Part shown: piece by piece, positions 37,281 to 49,200 of the stretch | How the letters are laid out: each line of letters begins with the position of its first letter | Position numbering within the stretch: position 1 is the first letter of the stretch | DNA from: a virus | Taxonomy: Duplodnaviria > Caudoviricetes | IMG/VR virus record: IMGVR_UViG_3300012983_000031 | Coordinates: 32,001-96,000 of that record | Strand: one strand, 5' to 3' | DNA length: 64,000 bases | The notes under the pieces: generated by a model | The model's input: the letters and a program-made list of their open reading frames with translations, nothing else | Databases searched by the model: none | What the model was told of the DNA's origin: nothing | Position numbers and translations under genes: made by a program

Positions 37281-38926
37281 TATCCTATATCATTTGGTTT
37301 TACATTTTGGATGATTGTAACTCTTCCGCTTTTTTTGTTTACACATATCAATTCATATTTGTTTTCATCACTAAATATGAATTCTTTGATTTTTTTACAT
37401 ATATATTGTTTAGCTACATCAACTCTGTTTGACCAATGTTTTGCTCTGTCGCCTTCATTGTCATATGAATTATTTGTATATTCACTAAGTGATCTCTGGA
37501 ATCCAACATATTCATCAAATGTGTTATTAGCAAAACATCCTGGTTGCGATAAACCTTTGTTGATGTTGCTGTAATACTTACCATGTATTGTTGGATCAAA
37601 CATTGAATCGTTCACCATACTGGAAAAATATGCAGATTCTCCACCCATGAAATCGATTATACATGGGTATAATGTGTTTAAATCTTCTGGATGAATTACA
37701 GTTATCTTTGGATATGTAATTAGTGTATGATTTCCAAGATCTCCATATCGTAAATCATAAGCTATTTTAACAATGTCTTGATCGAGCAAATCTTTTCTGT
37801 ACTTTCCATCCTCAAGTGTTTGAAAATACTCAGCTAGACCAATCGCTTCATAAAATATGTTAGCATACGATGTTCCAAGTTTTTGACGGAATCTGAATCC
37901 GTATACATACATTCTTGCACTCTCCATAGGATAACGAAGCATTACATATTGAGATCTTGCATCGGTTTCTATTCCATATTCATTTTCGTATAATGGATTT
38001 ATAAACGGCGCAGTTATGTTGTTTCCAGATGGGTGCAATTTATCAGCAGACATATCTGAGACATATGCAATTTGTTTTGTTATGCGTGTTTTGCCGTTAA
38101 CTTTTGCTGTAAGAGGAAACTCCATTACTTTTCCAAATGTAAATGTTGGGTGAATTGTAGGATCAGCAACAGGCTCTTCTGTTATAGTTCTTCCAGAAAA
38201 TATATTGCTGACTTCAAAATGAATGGGAAAATTGTTTTTTCCAAGTATCATTTTAGTGTTTTTTAAAGTAATGCGAAGATAATAATCATAGTTATCTGCA
38301 TATTCATTTTTTGATGTGTTTATTGTCGGTGTCAATTCAAATCCGAATAAAAGATGATTTGCAAGATGATAAGTCGTTGATGCGTTTTGTATGTATCTTG
38401 TTGACGCGTCCTCTCCAAGATGATTTTTATACTGGAAGTTCGATGATGTTAAGCCAGAGCTGTCAAAGTCATAAGATCTTGTGACTGGAACTTTGCTGTC
38501 TGATAATGTTTCTTTTGGGTATAGCGAAACGTTTACAATTCCGTTAATTATATTGTCTTTTTTGATGACATTTCTTGGTGCATTTATCTTTCCGACCAGT
38601 GTTATGTCAAATATATTATTCTTGTTCGTTATTTGATATACGTAGTTTGTTGTTCCAACCATTCTCTCACACAATATTAGATCACCGTCATGATAACCAT
38701 TCGCGAGTTGTTTTGATCCGTCAAGTGAAATTGAATTGTTGATATATGAAAGAAGTGCCGACTTGTTTATAGAAGTGATGACATCAGCGTCCAGATAAAA
38801 TAAAGTTGAACCGTATCTACCTATTATTCCTGGTCTGCCTTTTTCTCCTATAACAGAATCGCCGTCTGGTTGTAAATTTTGGAGTGCTCCTGAAGGTCTG
38901 TAGTTGAAATTAAATGCTGTTGCCAT
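37280..38926 (-). CDS. Virion structural/fibre-associated protein with N-terminal GxxGxxG
   Basis: GEKGRPGIIGRYG..LFY...GDLIL. Confidence 0.55.
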   Translation of the reverse strand: MATAFNFNYRPSGALQNLQPDGDSVIGEKGRPGIIGRYGSTLFYLDADVITSINKSALLSYINNSISLDGSKQLANGYHDGDLILCERMVGTTNYVYQITNKNNIFDITLVGKINAPRNVIKKDNIINGIVNVSLYPKETLSDSKVPVTRSYDFDSSGLTSSNFQYKNHLGEDASTRYIQNASTTYHLANHLLFGFELTPTINTSKNEYADNYDYYLRITLKNTKMILGKNNFPIHFEVSNIFSGRTITEEPVADPTIHPTFTFGKVMEFPLTAKVNGKTRITKQIAYVSDMSADKLHPSGNNITAPFINPLYENEYGIETDARSQYVMLRYPMESARMYVYGFRFRQKLGTSYANIFYEAIGLAEYFQTLEDGKYRKDLLDQDIVKIAYDLRYGDLGNHTLITYPKITVIHPEDLNTLYPCIIDFMGGESAYFSSMVNDSMFDPTIHGKYYSNINKGLSQPGCFANNTFDEYVGFQRSLSEYTNNSYDNEGDRAKHWSNRVDVAKQYICKKIKEFIFSDENKYELICVNKKSGRVTIIQNVKPNDIG

Positions 38927-38927
38927 C

Positions 38928-41900
38928 TTACAAATTTATTATCATTTTAGCATAATATCTATGTCTGTCTAAACCTGTTATGTCCATGTAATATTTGTTA
39001 TTCTTATATGTCAATGAATTCTTGAAGTTCGGAACAACTGTAAATTTATCAAAGTCGTTTGGTTCGTTATCCAAGAAGGAAAAACTTATAGAACTTTCAT
39101 CTACATAAAGAATAAATTTATTGTTGTTGTTTATTTCTATTTTTGGGAGTATTGCATTTTCTATGTACTTTTGTTCAAAATTTGTATAACGAATATCTTG
39201 ATCTATTCCTATTGTTGAATTCGAGAAACCATGTGATGTTTTTATTAAACTAGCAAGTGTGTTTGTAACATTTAGCGTTACGTTTCTGTTTATTGTGTCA
39301 TGAATGCTATCACTCCATGATGAAAGCGTAACTGATTGCACAGGTGTTCCATCCTTATATATTCCTTTCAAATTTAATCCAGAAGATGCAAAGTAGCAAT
39401 TCTTGTCATATCCAGAATATGTTCCAAAATATTCACTATATTGATCACTCTTTGTGAATAATCTGCATAATTTTGAATACCAATAACTTACAAATGGATT
39501 CTGATGTTTAAATAATGTTACAGAGTTTGTTGTTACATTATATTTCATTGCACTTTTGAAGCAAACGACAAAGACTCCATCGTCTGCATCGATTGGTTTC
39601 ATTTTTGGAATCAATATACCTTTTTCTGGAAGATATGCAGAAGCATTTTCAGAATACATAGAAAATGATTCATCATCGAAGTTTTCATACAGATAGAATG
39701 TATACACTTCTCCGTTTTCAGCTGTGTAGTCATATGGTATTCCAGGATATGGAACTTCACAATCACCATACCAATGTTGATGTTTTTCTGGATCATAATA
39801 GTTAAGAGAATCTACTTCCATCATATACATGTTAAGATAACTATGTTGTTCCAAAATCTTTTTCAGCCATGTTTGGTTGATTGTGCTTGATTCATTTGGT
39901 ATAATGTTTGTGAACAAGAAATCTGTGTCAAACGCATTGTTCAACATAGATATATTTTCATAACTATCATCAAATGAAATTATATTATTCATCACAGGAA
40001 CAGCATAACAAGGGTGAACATTTCCAGATTCAACGATTTTATAATCTACATTTTCTTTTTGGAATAATACAGAATCAATGAATTTAATGTTCAAAATGCT
40101 TTTTCCGCTGTCTGTTATGGTTTTTATATCATTTGCAACCTTTCTCTTTATTGTAAAGCTGCATGTGTCATTTTCCTTTAATTGCTGTAATGATAGCGGT
40201 GTAATTGTTATAAGTCTTTGTTCAGCAGTTCTACCAGCTATTGATGAATCAATGTAACAATCAACATTGTTTGTATATGTTGTTAAGTCTGATATTTCTA
40301 TGTTTCGCCATTCTCCATTCAATAACATTTCTTTTACTTGAACTGAAATTTCAGTATCATATACTTTTTCGATTCTACCATATATGATTGCACAATTATC
40401 TGTTGCTATTGTTTCGCTTGATCTAATTGGCTTTGATATTAAATATATACTTGAGTCCTCAGCGCTTGTTGGAATTTGTGTAAGCGTGTTAACCATTACA
40501 TAAATCGAGCTAGGGTAATCTGGATCTCTTTTTAATTCATTTAACGGAGTTGTTGTTATGATTCTGTTGTAATCAGACGGATTATCGTTCATTTTGTCGC
40601 TATCTTTTCCGTTATATACGAAAATAGCAAGTTGTTCCTTGATTTCATCAACAAACAATTCATACAATCCGCTGTTTCTCGGATTATTTCCACTCATACA
40701 AACAATAACACCAGAATATCCTATATATTTTGAAAGATTAAGAACGGTTTTGTTTGTTGATTCTAATCTGATTTTTGCTCCACTTGAAACTAATTCAATT
40801 GAATTTTCTCCATATGCATAAACCTTTGAAAATCTGTTGTTTGTAATTTTTGTATCACCATCATAATAATACATTAGATCATCAATGTTTCCATTGTTAT
40901 TATAGATATAATCGTAAAATGCATAAGTTTCATCCTTATCATAGTAATTTTTTATGTGCTTATCACTGTTTGGTTGGGATGACGATATGAAACCGATCAG
41001 AATTGATGAATCATTTGCTATGTTATATGATGATGAATTTTCTGGCACAAGTTGATACATAACTCTTAATCTGTGACCTTCCCAGTCTGTTGCAAGTTTT
41101 CTCCATTTGCAACAATAAGGTGCAATGAGCTCAACATCAAATTTTGTGTGACCTCCGTTGTTTATTGCGTTAATATACCGAGCGTAATTCCAACTGCTTG
41201 TTAATGAAATGTTTCCGCTTGCATCAAGTGGCATATTTGCAAATTTCTTTGTAATCTGAAGCTTGTCTACATAGTCTGTTATATCCTCTTCTTTTGTTGT
41301 TCTTATCCCCATATCATAATACTCACCAAAAGATGAATCTATTGATGAATCGTGCGTTGGTATATAGAAATCAGTTGAATTGCCATTTTTAAATACACTT
41401 TGCGGATCTATTACATCTTTCATGAAATCTTTTATAGGAATAATCGAACAAACTCCTGAATTAATTTGATAATTTTTATATATGTGAAAATTACCATTGC
41501 TGTATATCTCAGGGGTTGTTGCAAACTGTACCAGATTGTTATATTCGTATCCAAATCCAGTTATGCTAAAGACAGGATCACAATAATATTCTGTATTGCT
41601 GTTGATACTATCATATGTTTTTACTTTTATTAACTTTTCAAACACATGATAGTTGTCTTTTCCTTTTTCTTTGTATATAACAGTTTTATGCTTTCCAGAA
41701 GTTACCTCAACATCATCCTTTACCAAAATCATGTGTTTTTCATCTTCTGTTGTTATTCCAATAAATGCAGCACAATAACATGCACGCAACCCAAGTCCCT
41801 CAAAACCATATGGATAAAGAAGTTGACCGATTGGTGATGTTGTGTCATTATCAACTATTAATTTAGGAAGGTCTTTTATTCCAAATATGTATGAATATTC

Positions 41901-43802
41901 ATCATTGTATATTCTGTTAATAATTTCATGATTGTTTTCATCATATCCACATATGGAACTTACCTTTTCAAACAAAAGATCCATTCCGTTTGTATATCTG
42001 TTATATACAATTGAGAACTGATCAACGCCATTTGTATATGCAGTTATATCTGATTCATTAAAATGATCAAAAGCTTTTACGATAAGCGATAACTGGTCTT
42101 TTAAAATTTCAGACTTGTCACCAGTGACGTTTGATCTGTATATTGAATTCAACATTGCAATTGACTGAATTTCATATTCTTCGTTGTCAATTGTAACGTA
42201 ATGTATAGACACTTCTGAAAGTTCATCATCTTTAATGAAATTTGATGCAAATACTTCATATATTTTTTTCTTTTGTGTGTCTATAATTCTATAATGTTCG
42301 CCTATTTCAATCACATCATTAAATTTTACCGATGCAAACGACACTCGTTTGTTAAATTCGGTAATGTATGATGCTTTTGTTGAAATAAGAGTATTTCCAG
42401 GTCTCAGTTTATATTGTGTAACAAGGTCAGATGTGTTCACGTTATTATCAAGTCTTGTAAACCCATCAGGTGTAGAAAATCCATATATAACATGCGGATG
42501 TTCGCTTGGGTCAAAGTCTCCGCCGTGTACATTTGTGTCAAAGTAATTTACACCATTTATACAATCTATACAGCTATATGTTTCATCTTCACCATTCATC
42601 TTGACATATATTCCAAAATATGTATGAATAGAGAATAGATCCTGACTTGTGTCATCAAACATAAACTCAAAGTTTATAATGTCTTTGCTAACAAGTCTAT
42701 TTCTTTGAAAACCAAGTGTATACCAGTCATTTAATGATACTTGGTTATTAACCAGCCTTTCTTGTGTTGTGTCTTCGTATGCACTTGTAACGATACCTCT
42801 ATCGATCGATATTCCGTTGAATATGTTTGCATGATCATAGTCGTACCCAGTGAACATATCTCCAACTATATTGGAACGGTGCTTATATATGTTTCTAATA
42901 TATTTTCCAATTGGAGATCCTTCGCGCATATCATAGCATTTGATCATCTGACAATTGTTCATGTTGATGAATTTTCTGAAATCACATTCATACAATTCAG
43001 TGTCTGTCTCTTTCGATACCAATAAATCATAATCGTTTATTCTAAACACAAGGAAAAAATCAGGAAGATGCTTGCTGATCTTTAATGGTGCAAGAAGAGC
43101 AAAATTTTCATTGTACATTTTGTCTGTGTTTGTGCGAACGCCGTAATTATACACATCATAGTATTGTTCATTGAAATCATTTGCTGTGTCAAATAGTTGA
43201 TAGCATGCATCTTCTATCTTGTAGAAATCGTTTGATGTCAATGATTTCATTTTTGACATCAGTGTTCTTCCATAATATTCATCAGGATTAAGCGGTATGT
43301 GCCTGTACTTATATTGTGAAAGCGCAAGTGATATTTTGAACGTATCAAGGTACATTTGTTCATTGCTTCCTACAACTACCTTCACATTTCCTGTTAGTTT
43401 TGGATTTGCACGAAGAAGCATATAAGACGTATCATCATCAAGCATTTTGTCGATGCGCTTAAGTGTAGATGTTTCATCTGTGTTTTGTGCGGTATAAGTT
43501 ATTGTATGTAAAATTGTTACTCCTCCAGGGTTTGTCACAGTTAATGTACATTGTTCCTGTGCATCAAAATAAATCAGATAAACGCTGTCTCCTGTACTTT
43601 CTCCAGCATCTTTATCATATAACGGCTCGATTGCCATTTTTTCTGTAACAAGTTTAGAATTAACATACACTCTGCTGACCTGTGGTGTTATTCCATTTTC
43701 AGCAGAACGTGTGGAGATTACCTCAAAATTAGGAAATCTTCCTCCAGATATGTTTTCTCCGTATTTGTACAGATACGTCTTTTTGCTTGTTGTAAAATTC
43801 AT
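38928..43802 (-). CDS. Large (1624-aa) virion structural protein, probably baseplate periphery
   Basis: Long intact beta-rich ORF in the late operon next to the fibre genes. Confidence 0.55.
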   Translation of the reverse strand: MNFTTSKKTYLYKYGENISGGRFPNFEVISTRSAENGITPQVSRVYVNSKLVTEKMAIEPLYDKDAGESTGDSVYLIYFDAQEQCTLTVTNPGGVTILHTITYTAQNTDETSTLKRIDKMLDDDTSYMLLRANPKLTGNVKVVVGSNEQMYLDTFKISLALSQYKYRHIPLNPDEYYGRTLMSKMKSLTSNDFYKIEDACYQLFDTANDFNEQYYDVYNYGVRTNTDKMYNENFALLAPLKISKHLPDFFLVFRINDYDLLVSKETDTELYECDFRKFINMNNCQMIKCYDMREGSPIGKYIRNIYKHRSNIVGDMFTGYDYDHANIFNGISIDRGIVTSAYEDTTQERLVNNQVSLNDWYTLGFQRNRLVSKDIINFEFMFDDTSQDLFSIHTYFGIYVKMNGEDETYSCIDCINGVNYFDTNVHGGDFDPSEHPHVIYGFSTPDGFTRLDNNVNTSDLVTQYKLRPGNTLISTKASYITEFNKRVSFASVKFNDVIEIGEHYRIIDTQKKKIYEVFASNFIKDDELSEVSIHYVTIDNEEYEIQSIAMLNSIYRSNVTGDKSEILKDQLSLIVKAFDHFNESDITAYTNGVDQFSIVYNRYTNGMDLLFEKVSSICGYDENNHEIINRIYNDEYSYIFGIKDLPKLIVDNDTTSPIGQLLYPYGFEGLGLRACYCAAFIGITTEDEKHMILVKDDVEVTSGKHKTVIYKEKGKDNYHVFEKLIKVKTYDSINSNTEYYCDPVFSITGFGYEYNNLVQFATTPEIYSNGNFHIYKNYQINSGVCSIIPIKDFMKDVIDPQSVFKNGNSTDFYIPTHDSSIDSSFGEYYDMGIRTTKEEDITDYVDKLQITKKFANMPLDASGNISLTSSWNYARYINAINNGGHTKFDVELIAPYCCKWRKLATDWEGHRLRVMYQLVPENSSSYNIANDSSILIGFISSSQPNSDKHIKNYYDKDETYAFYDYIYNNNGNIDDLMYYYDGDTKITNNRFSKVYAYGENSIELVSSGAKIRLESTNKTVLNLSKYIGYSGVIVCMSGNNPRNSGLYELFVDEIKEQLAIFVYNGKDSDKMNDNPSDYNRIITTTPLNELKRDPDYPSSIYVMVNTLTQIPTSAEDSSIYLISKPIRSSETIATDNCAIIYGRIEKVYDTEISVQVKEMLLNGEWRNIEISDLTTYTNNVDCYIDSSIAGRTAEQRLITITPLSLQQLKENDTCSFTIKRKVANDIKTITDSGKSILNIKFIDSVLFQKENVDYKIVESGNVHPCYAVPVMNNIISFDDSYENISMLNNAFDTDFLFTNIIPNESSTINQTWLKKILEQHSYLNMYMMEVDSLNYYDPEKHQHWYGDCEVPYPGIPYDYTAENGEVYTFYLYENFDDESFSMYSENASAYLPEKGILIPKMKPIDADDGVFVVCFKSAMKYNVTTNSVTLFKHQNPFVSYWYSKLCRLFTKSDQYSEYFGTYSGYDKNCYFASSGLNLKGIYKDGTPVQSVTLSSWSDSIHDTINRNVTLNVTNTLASLIKTSHGFSNSTIGIDQDIRYTNFEQKYIENAILPKIEINNNNKFILYVDESSISFSFLDNEPNDFDKFTVVPNFKNSLTYKNNKYYMDITGLDRHRYYAKMIINL

Positions 43803-43838
43803 AATCGATATAATGATTTTAACTATCTATGAATTAAA

Positions 43839-46163
43839 TTACATCCAATTCCAATGATAATTTGAGTGATATTGTGTAATTGCGTCTCCTATTCTTTCAA
43901 ATGTACTTTTTGACCATGTTTTTAGTGAATCTACTCTTGTGTCTGTATAAGAACGGAGAGATGATACAGACGCGTCAACATAACTCCGCAACTCATCCAT
44001 TGATGCATTAAGATCATTAACAGTTTTTATTATATCTTTGAGAGCAACCAACTTATCATAAACCGACATGGTTGTTGTAACCGTGTTTCCAGATGCATCT
44101 AATGTAGTCTCTGTGTATTGAATGTTGGCAGAATCATGCTTATACTTTGAGTTACTGTCAGACATGTGCGCATACACACCAGCGGCGGACATTGTTTCCT
44201 GAAGTGTTACAGCGGTTAAATCGCTTTTTACACTTTCAAGTATTGCTGTAACAGAATCATCAGTTGTGAAATTCTCAGGGAATGCTATGATTATTGAATT
44301 GCTCCAATCAGATTTCAATGGAGAATAAGGATAACCAGCTTCAGATACGGATCTGATTTTCAATTCAACTTTTTCACCAGAACGTATTGGTATATCTACT
44401 TGATTTATAGTAACATGTGTACCATCAAGAGTTTCATCTTTCCATTCAAACTTATCAGTTTCACTGTTATATATCTTTTCAAGAACAGGAGAATTTGTTA
44501 CACACCAATCGGTGAACACGCCGCTTTCTGTAACATTGTTTGAAGAATCTGTATAATTGAATGTATTGAGTGTTGCTCCAGTTTCATCTGTGTGCAGATA
44601 TCTGTACATTGTTTCAAACCCTATAATTCTCTGCTCGCCAGTTTTTTCATCATCTATGGTATATTGTGAGTCTGGTATAGCGAAAAATCCCCTGACGTGA
44701 TATTTGGGGGAATATCCTATGGCTCCAGCATCATTTAACAGCGTGTTAAGCTCATTTACAAGAGAACTGAACTGTGTTGTTAAGTTATTGAGTTTGTCGG
44801 TATCCGACGTAATTGAATTCTGAATGATTGTTCGCTTATCCTGATTGTATTCTGTTATTAGCTTACTTTTGTTTGCGGCTATTGTGTTTCTTGTTGCGTT
44901 GATGTTAGATTTGGTTGATGCAATCTCAGATGTTATCGCATTATAACGTTCACTGTCAAGTGTTGCGTTTAACTGTGTGTTTATTTGAACAACACGTAAA
45001 TCATCCTCATTAAGAATAGGTGCGTTAGGCTTCTTGCTTCCATATGCTGGAACACGACCTTCCTTTATCTGAGAAATCCACACACGACCGAAATCAGCAA
45101 CGTTTTCTGTATAATATGATTTGAAATTTTTTGTGTCGTCTTCAGAATAAAGGAGATCGTTTGTGTGGAACGCAACAGGATTAGACCATTCTCTGGAAAG
45201 AATGTTGAACTTTTCATTAACACCCTTGAAATAAACAACATCTATTTCATCGATTCCTATACCGACACTAACAACTTTTTCCTTAAATGGATCATTATAG
45301 AATTCTAATGTATCATAAACGCCAACTGTGTCATAACCAACATTGTAGGAAAGGCGAACACGCATTTCTGACTGGTTAACTTCCTGAATTGTGAACAATG
45401 TATTGTTGAAACGAAGATTGTCACCGTTCTTCAATATGTAACCGTTGTCAATAGCGTCCCCATTGTCGTCCACAGTTGAATAGTTGATACCATCAAGATA
45501 ATACCATGTTTGGTTTAATCCAGTTTCTGTATTCTTGACAAGATTGATTCCTGTAACTTGAAATGAACCATTAAATTTTTCATATGTGAGAGGAAGTGCA
45601 ACATTATCTTTGTCTTCTTTGTAACGGATGTAGTTCGCTTCAAGATACTTTATAAATTCACCATAAGCTAACGTTGTGTTTAGTATATCTTCTTGTAAAT
45701 CAGGAGTCAAGCGTTCTTGATCCGTGTCAATTATGACACGATTCACATATACACGGTCAGAATCCTCCTCTATTTTTCCAGCGAGATCAAACTTCACGAC
45801 ACAACGGGGATACTGAAGAGCCTCAAAAAACCAGTTAGGATCGATGTCGAACTTGTCAATTGGATCAACGTTAACGATGTCGTTCGCTGGTCTTGATATT
45901 GTTTCTACACGTATTTTTCTATATGTTCCGTCATCTGTTTCAACCACACCTTTACCTTCTGTGAATCTTGATATTGTGCGTTCAGCTCTTTCCACTCTGT
46001 TCACGATATTCTGATATGAAGGTAGCGTGATGCCGTCGCCCATTACAACTTCAGCATCATTTCCGATTATTGTGTCGTTCATTGTTTTTGCGAACTCCAT
46101 TACCTCGTTCGCTGCTTCTGTGAGAAGCGCCATGTTTTGTGCGTAACTGTTAACGTTAGACAT
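43839..46163 (-). CDS. Virion structural protein with coiled coils and an FnIII-like segment
   Basis: Late promoter at 46189-46197; EKVELKIRSVSEAGYP...SDWSNSIII. Start taken at ATG 46163. Confidence 0.55.
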   Translation of the reverse strand: MSNVNSYAQNMALLTEAANEVMEFAKTMNDTIIGNDAEVVMGDGITLPSYQNIVNRVERAERTISRFTEGKGVVETDDGTYRKIRVETISRPANDIVNVDPIDKFDIDPNWFFEALQYPRCVVKFDLAGKIEEDSDRVYVNRVIIDTDQERLTPDLQEDILNTTLAYGEFIKYLEANYIRYKEDKDNVALPLTYEKFNGSFQVTGINLVKNTETGLNQTWYYLDGINYSTVDDNGDAIDNGYILKNGDNLRFNNTLFTIQEVNQSEMRVRLSYNVGYDTVGVYDTLEFYNDPFKEKVVSVGIGIDEIDVVYFKGVNEKFNILSREWSNPVAFHTNDLLYSEDDTKNFKSYYTENVADFGRVWISQIKEGRVPAYGSKKPNAPILNEDDLRVVQINTQLNATLDSERYNAITSEIASTKSNINATRNTIAANKSKLITEYNQDKRTIIQNSITSDTDKLNNLTTQFSSLVNELNTLLNDAGAIGYSPKYHVRGFFAIPDSQYTIDDEKTGEQRIIGFETMYRYLHTDETGATLNTFNYTDSSNNVTESGVFTDWCVTNSPVLEKIYNSETDKFEWKDETLDGTHVTINQVDIPIRSGEKVELKIRSVSEAGYPYSPLKSDWSNSIIIAFPENFTTDDSVTAILESVKSDLTAVTLQETMSAAGVYAHMSDSNSKYKHDSANIQYTETTLDASGNTVTTTMSVYDKLVALKDIIKTVNDLNASMDELRSYVDASVSSLRSYTDTRVDSLKTWSKSTFERIGDAITQYHSNYHWNWM

Positions 46164-46177
46164 TATGTTCAAAGATT

Positions 46178-46253
46178 TGAATTTGTACTATTTATCTAAA
46201 ATTGTTGATTATGTGAAAAATATAAAAAGGAGGAATTTGTTTTCCTCCTTTTT
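46178..46253 (-). promoter_or_regulatory. Terminator (46224-46253) followed by late promoter (46189-46197)
   Basis: AAAAAGGAGGAA/TTCCTCCTTTTT stem. The 36-nt promoter block is 32/36 identical to 52965-53000. Confidence 0.8.
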
Positions 46254-46254
46254 G

Positions 46255-49200
46255 CTATGTCCAATCGGTGTCTATTGAATCATCTTGACCGACTGAACTG
46301 TCTAATCCATTTTGACCTACCCATACATATCCATACCCTTGTGTTACGAATCCTTCCGATGCTGGTTGATCTGGTTTAACCCATGTAACATGTCTACATT
46401 CAAGTTCTACTACTTGTGGTAATAATGGTATAGTATAAAATAAAATGTTTCGAGTTGCAAACCCTTCATTATCGCGTGGGTCATCATAATAATATTTTCC
46501 TTGTGATATATAATTTACATCATTTAGACATAAATGATTAAGTTCAATCAAAACAGGACCAGTTATTTTGTTATAATATATATTATAATGATCAGTCATA
46601 TCACCTATTTTTATGATTATTCTTCGTCCTATAAGTTGTCTCATTTCATCTGCGGTCATAGGATGTGGTTCTCCAGTGTTAAATCTTGTGTGCCCCCTTT
46701 CATATGCTTTAGGACATACATAATAAGGTAATCTGTAATTTACCTCTGTTCCTAAGCCACCAGATAAATCTGGTAATGATTTTATGTATATAAAATCTCC
46801 ACACCTGAGAATATCAATATGATATTCTTTATCATAATCTTCTGGATCATCTCCAGGATCTAATTGATATTTTTCCTGCAACGAAGGATCTGACACACGA
46901 GGTATATATCGTGTTATAATTAATTCTCTATGTTGTTGATGTGGATCTGGATTATCCCAATCAATTATTGTTATAAGATTATTTTGGACACCAGTTATTG
47001 TAAAGTTACCGTATGCGTCCAACCATGCTGTTTTTTGTCCAGAGGTGTTTTGACATTCCCATGTATCTGCTGTATTGACTATTTTGTTGCTATATATGTC
47101 TATACCAGTATCAAGTAATCCTTGGCGTATTTCACCTAAGTTTGCATCAATCTCATCTATGTCTCCGCTTAAACCATCAATGTCATCACTTAGTAATCCG
47201 AGACTACCGTCAGTTATCAATCTGCTAGATTTTGCACCATCAAGACGTGTTGCGATTTCACCCATTTCAAGTTTAGCTCCAGCGTATGTGATATAGAAAT
47301 TTTTCTTTCCAGCTTTTATGACAATTTTAGGTTCCCATGAGAACCATATATATGGAGATGAAACTGTAAACGTCACAGCATATTGTGTATATGATCCAGC
47401 TACGCCCCTTTTTGTATCATTGTTTGCATAAAGAGGAATTTCTGCAGCATGTGTGTTTCCAGATGCTGTTTCATACATAATTACAGTAGCAATGAGGTAA
47501 GGACTTACAAGATTATCCGTAAGATTTATTCCAGCTATCCATACAGAGAACGTGTATTTCTTTCCAGCTGTTAATAATAATCTTGGCATGTTTGTTATAT
47601 TTGCAGGACAATTCTTTGTTACATTGGATGAAGACGTGTTTGCACTTATGTCAAATTTTATAAGTTGTCCTCCGTCTCCTTCCCATGGGGAATGATAATC
47701 CGTTGTTCCTCCAGAACTTGTAACTCTTGTGACTGCCGCTGTTACGCCAGATCCAGATGTTGGTTGGTTAAATGGTAGATTTGTTGCAAATATAGGATCT
47801 CTTAATATGTTTGCCGAGTCTGATGTCCCAACCTTCAATGATATTTGTGAAGACGTTTGTTCTACGTATGACACACGTTCGGATAATCCATTAGAGCCAT
47901 CTATTTCTGTTTTTAATTCCGCATAGTTGCGATTAGAAGATTGAATGTATGTACCAAGATTATCATGAACCGTATAATTTACACCATCAACTGTATATGT
48001 TGTTGATTCTGCAACAATTGTACGAACGTCACCGATGATATCTTCTTTCCATGTTCCCAAGAGGTTGCATGCGAAAGAGAACATAAAATCATATTGCACC
48101 GTAGCTATCGTCACTCTGAATGAAACATAACCGTTGTCATAATATGTACTGCCGTCGGCTTGTTTGTTGACGCTTGTTATCTTAATCGTGTTTCCGCCTT
48201 CTTTAACAGCTGTACAGTTATACTGTGAAAGTATACCTATTGTTGCTTCACTTGTTTTATCTTGTGTTCCTTTTACAACCTTTACTGTTGTTGTGTTGTT
48301 AGTGAGATTCAGAGGATAATTTCCGCCTGCGTCTGGAACTGTAGACTGTGTGAATATTGTTGCATATCTTGACACTATCACAGTGTATGCGTCTTCACCA
48401 GAACCACCCCAAAGCTCGACAGAATATTCATCTGTTCCATCTGAGTATCGTGTCCATGTCCAAAGATACCATCCAGGTGTTACTGTTGGCATAGTTGTAC
48501 TCCATTCTCCTGTTGGCGGTGTACTTGAGTTTACGCTAGTTTTTTGATATTTTATAAATGTTATGCTTAATGCAGCGCCTCCATTTGTTCCCCATTTTGA
48601 AACAGAGTATGAAATATTTCCATCTGAATATTCTACACGCGTCCATAGATACCATCCATCTGTTGCTGTTGGTATCGTGGTGCTCCATGTTCCTGTTGGT
48701 GGGGTGCTGGAATTTGAACTTGTCTTCTGATATGTTATTGATACAATCGTTACAGATGTTCCTGGGTTTCCAGTTTGACCATCGAATAAAATTGGAATTG
48801 TCTCAGTATCAAGAAGTATTGGTGTTTCGCTTTTATCGTATAATGAGAATACAATATTTGTTGACACATCTCTTACAAGTGGTGGTACAGATGAATTAAA
48901 TATTACTTCAGGTTCACCATTAAGAGAATATTTTAATGTATATTCAGATGGATCTGGTGTGATATTTTCACCTCCATTGTTTTTATAGACTTCACATGTT
49001 ATTGGAGTAAATGCAGATGGATAATATGTTCCATCCGTAGATCTTTTTATAGAAGATGTTGTCGGAATTAAACCATATACGCATGAATTTTTCACACAAT
49101 TTACAGTTAAATAAAGAAGTCTAGATACTGATGTACCAGTTTCTGTTGACGTTATTCTAATACAGAAAATTTGTTTAGTTTTTGTAAACGTATATGAACC

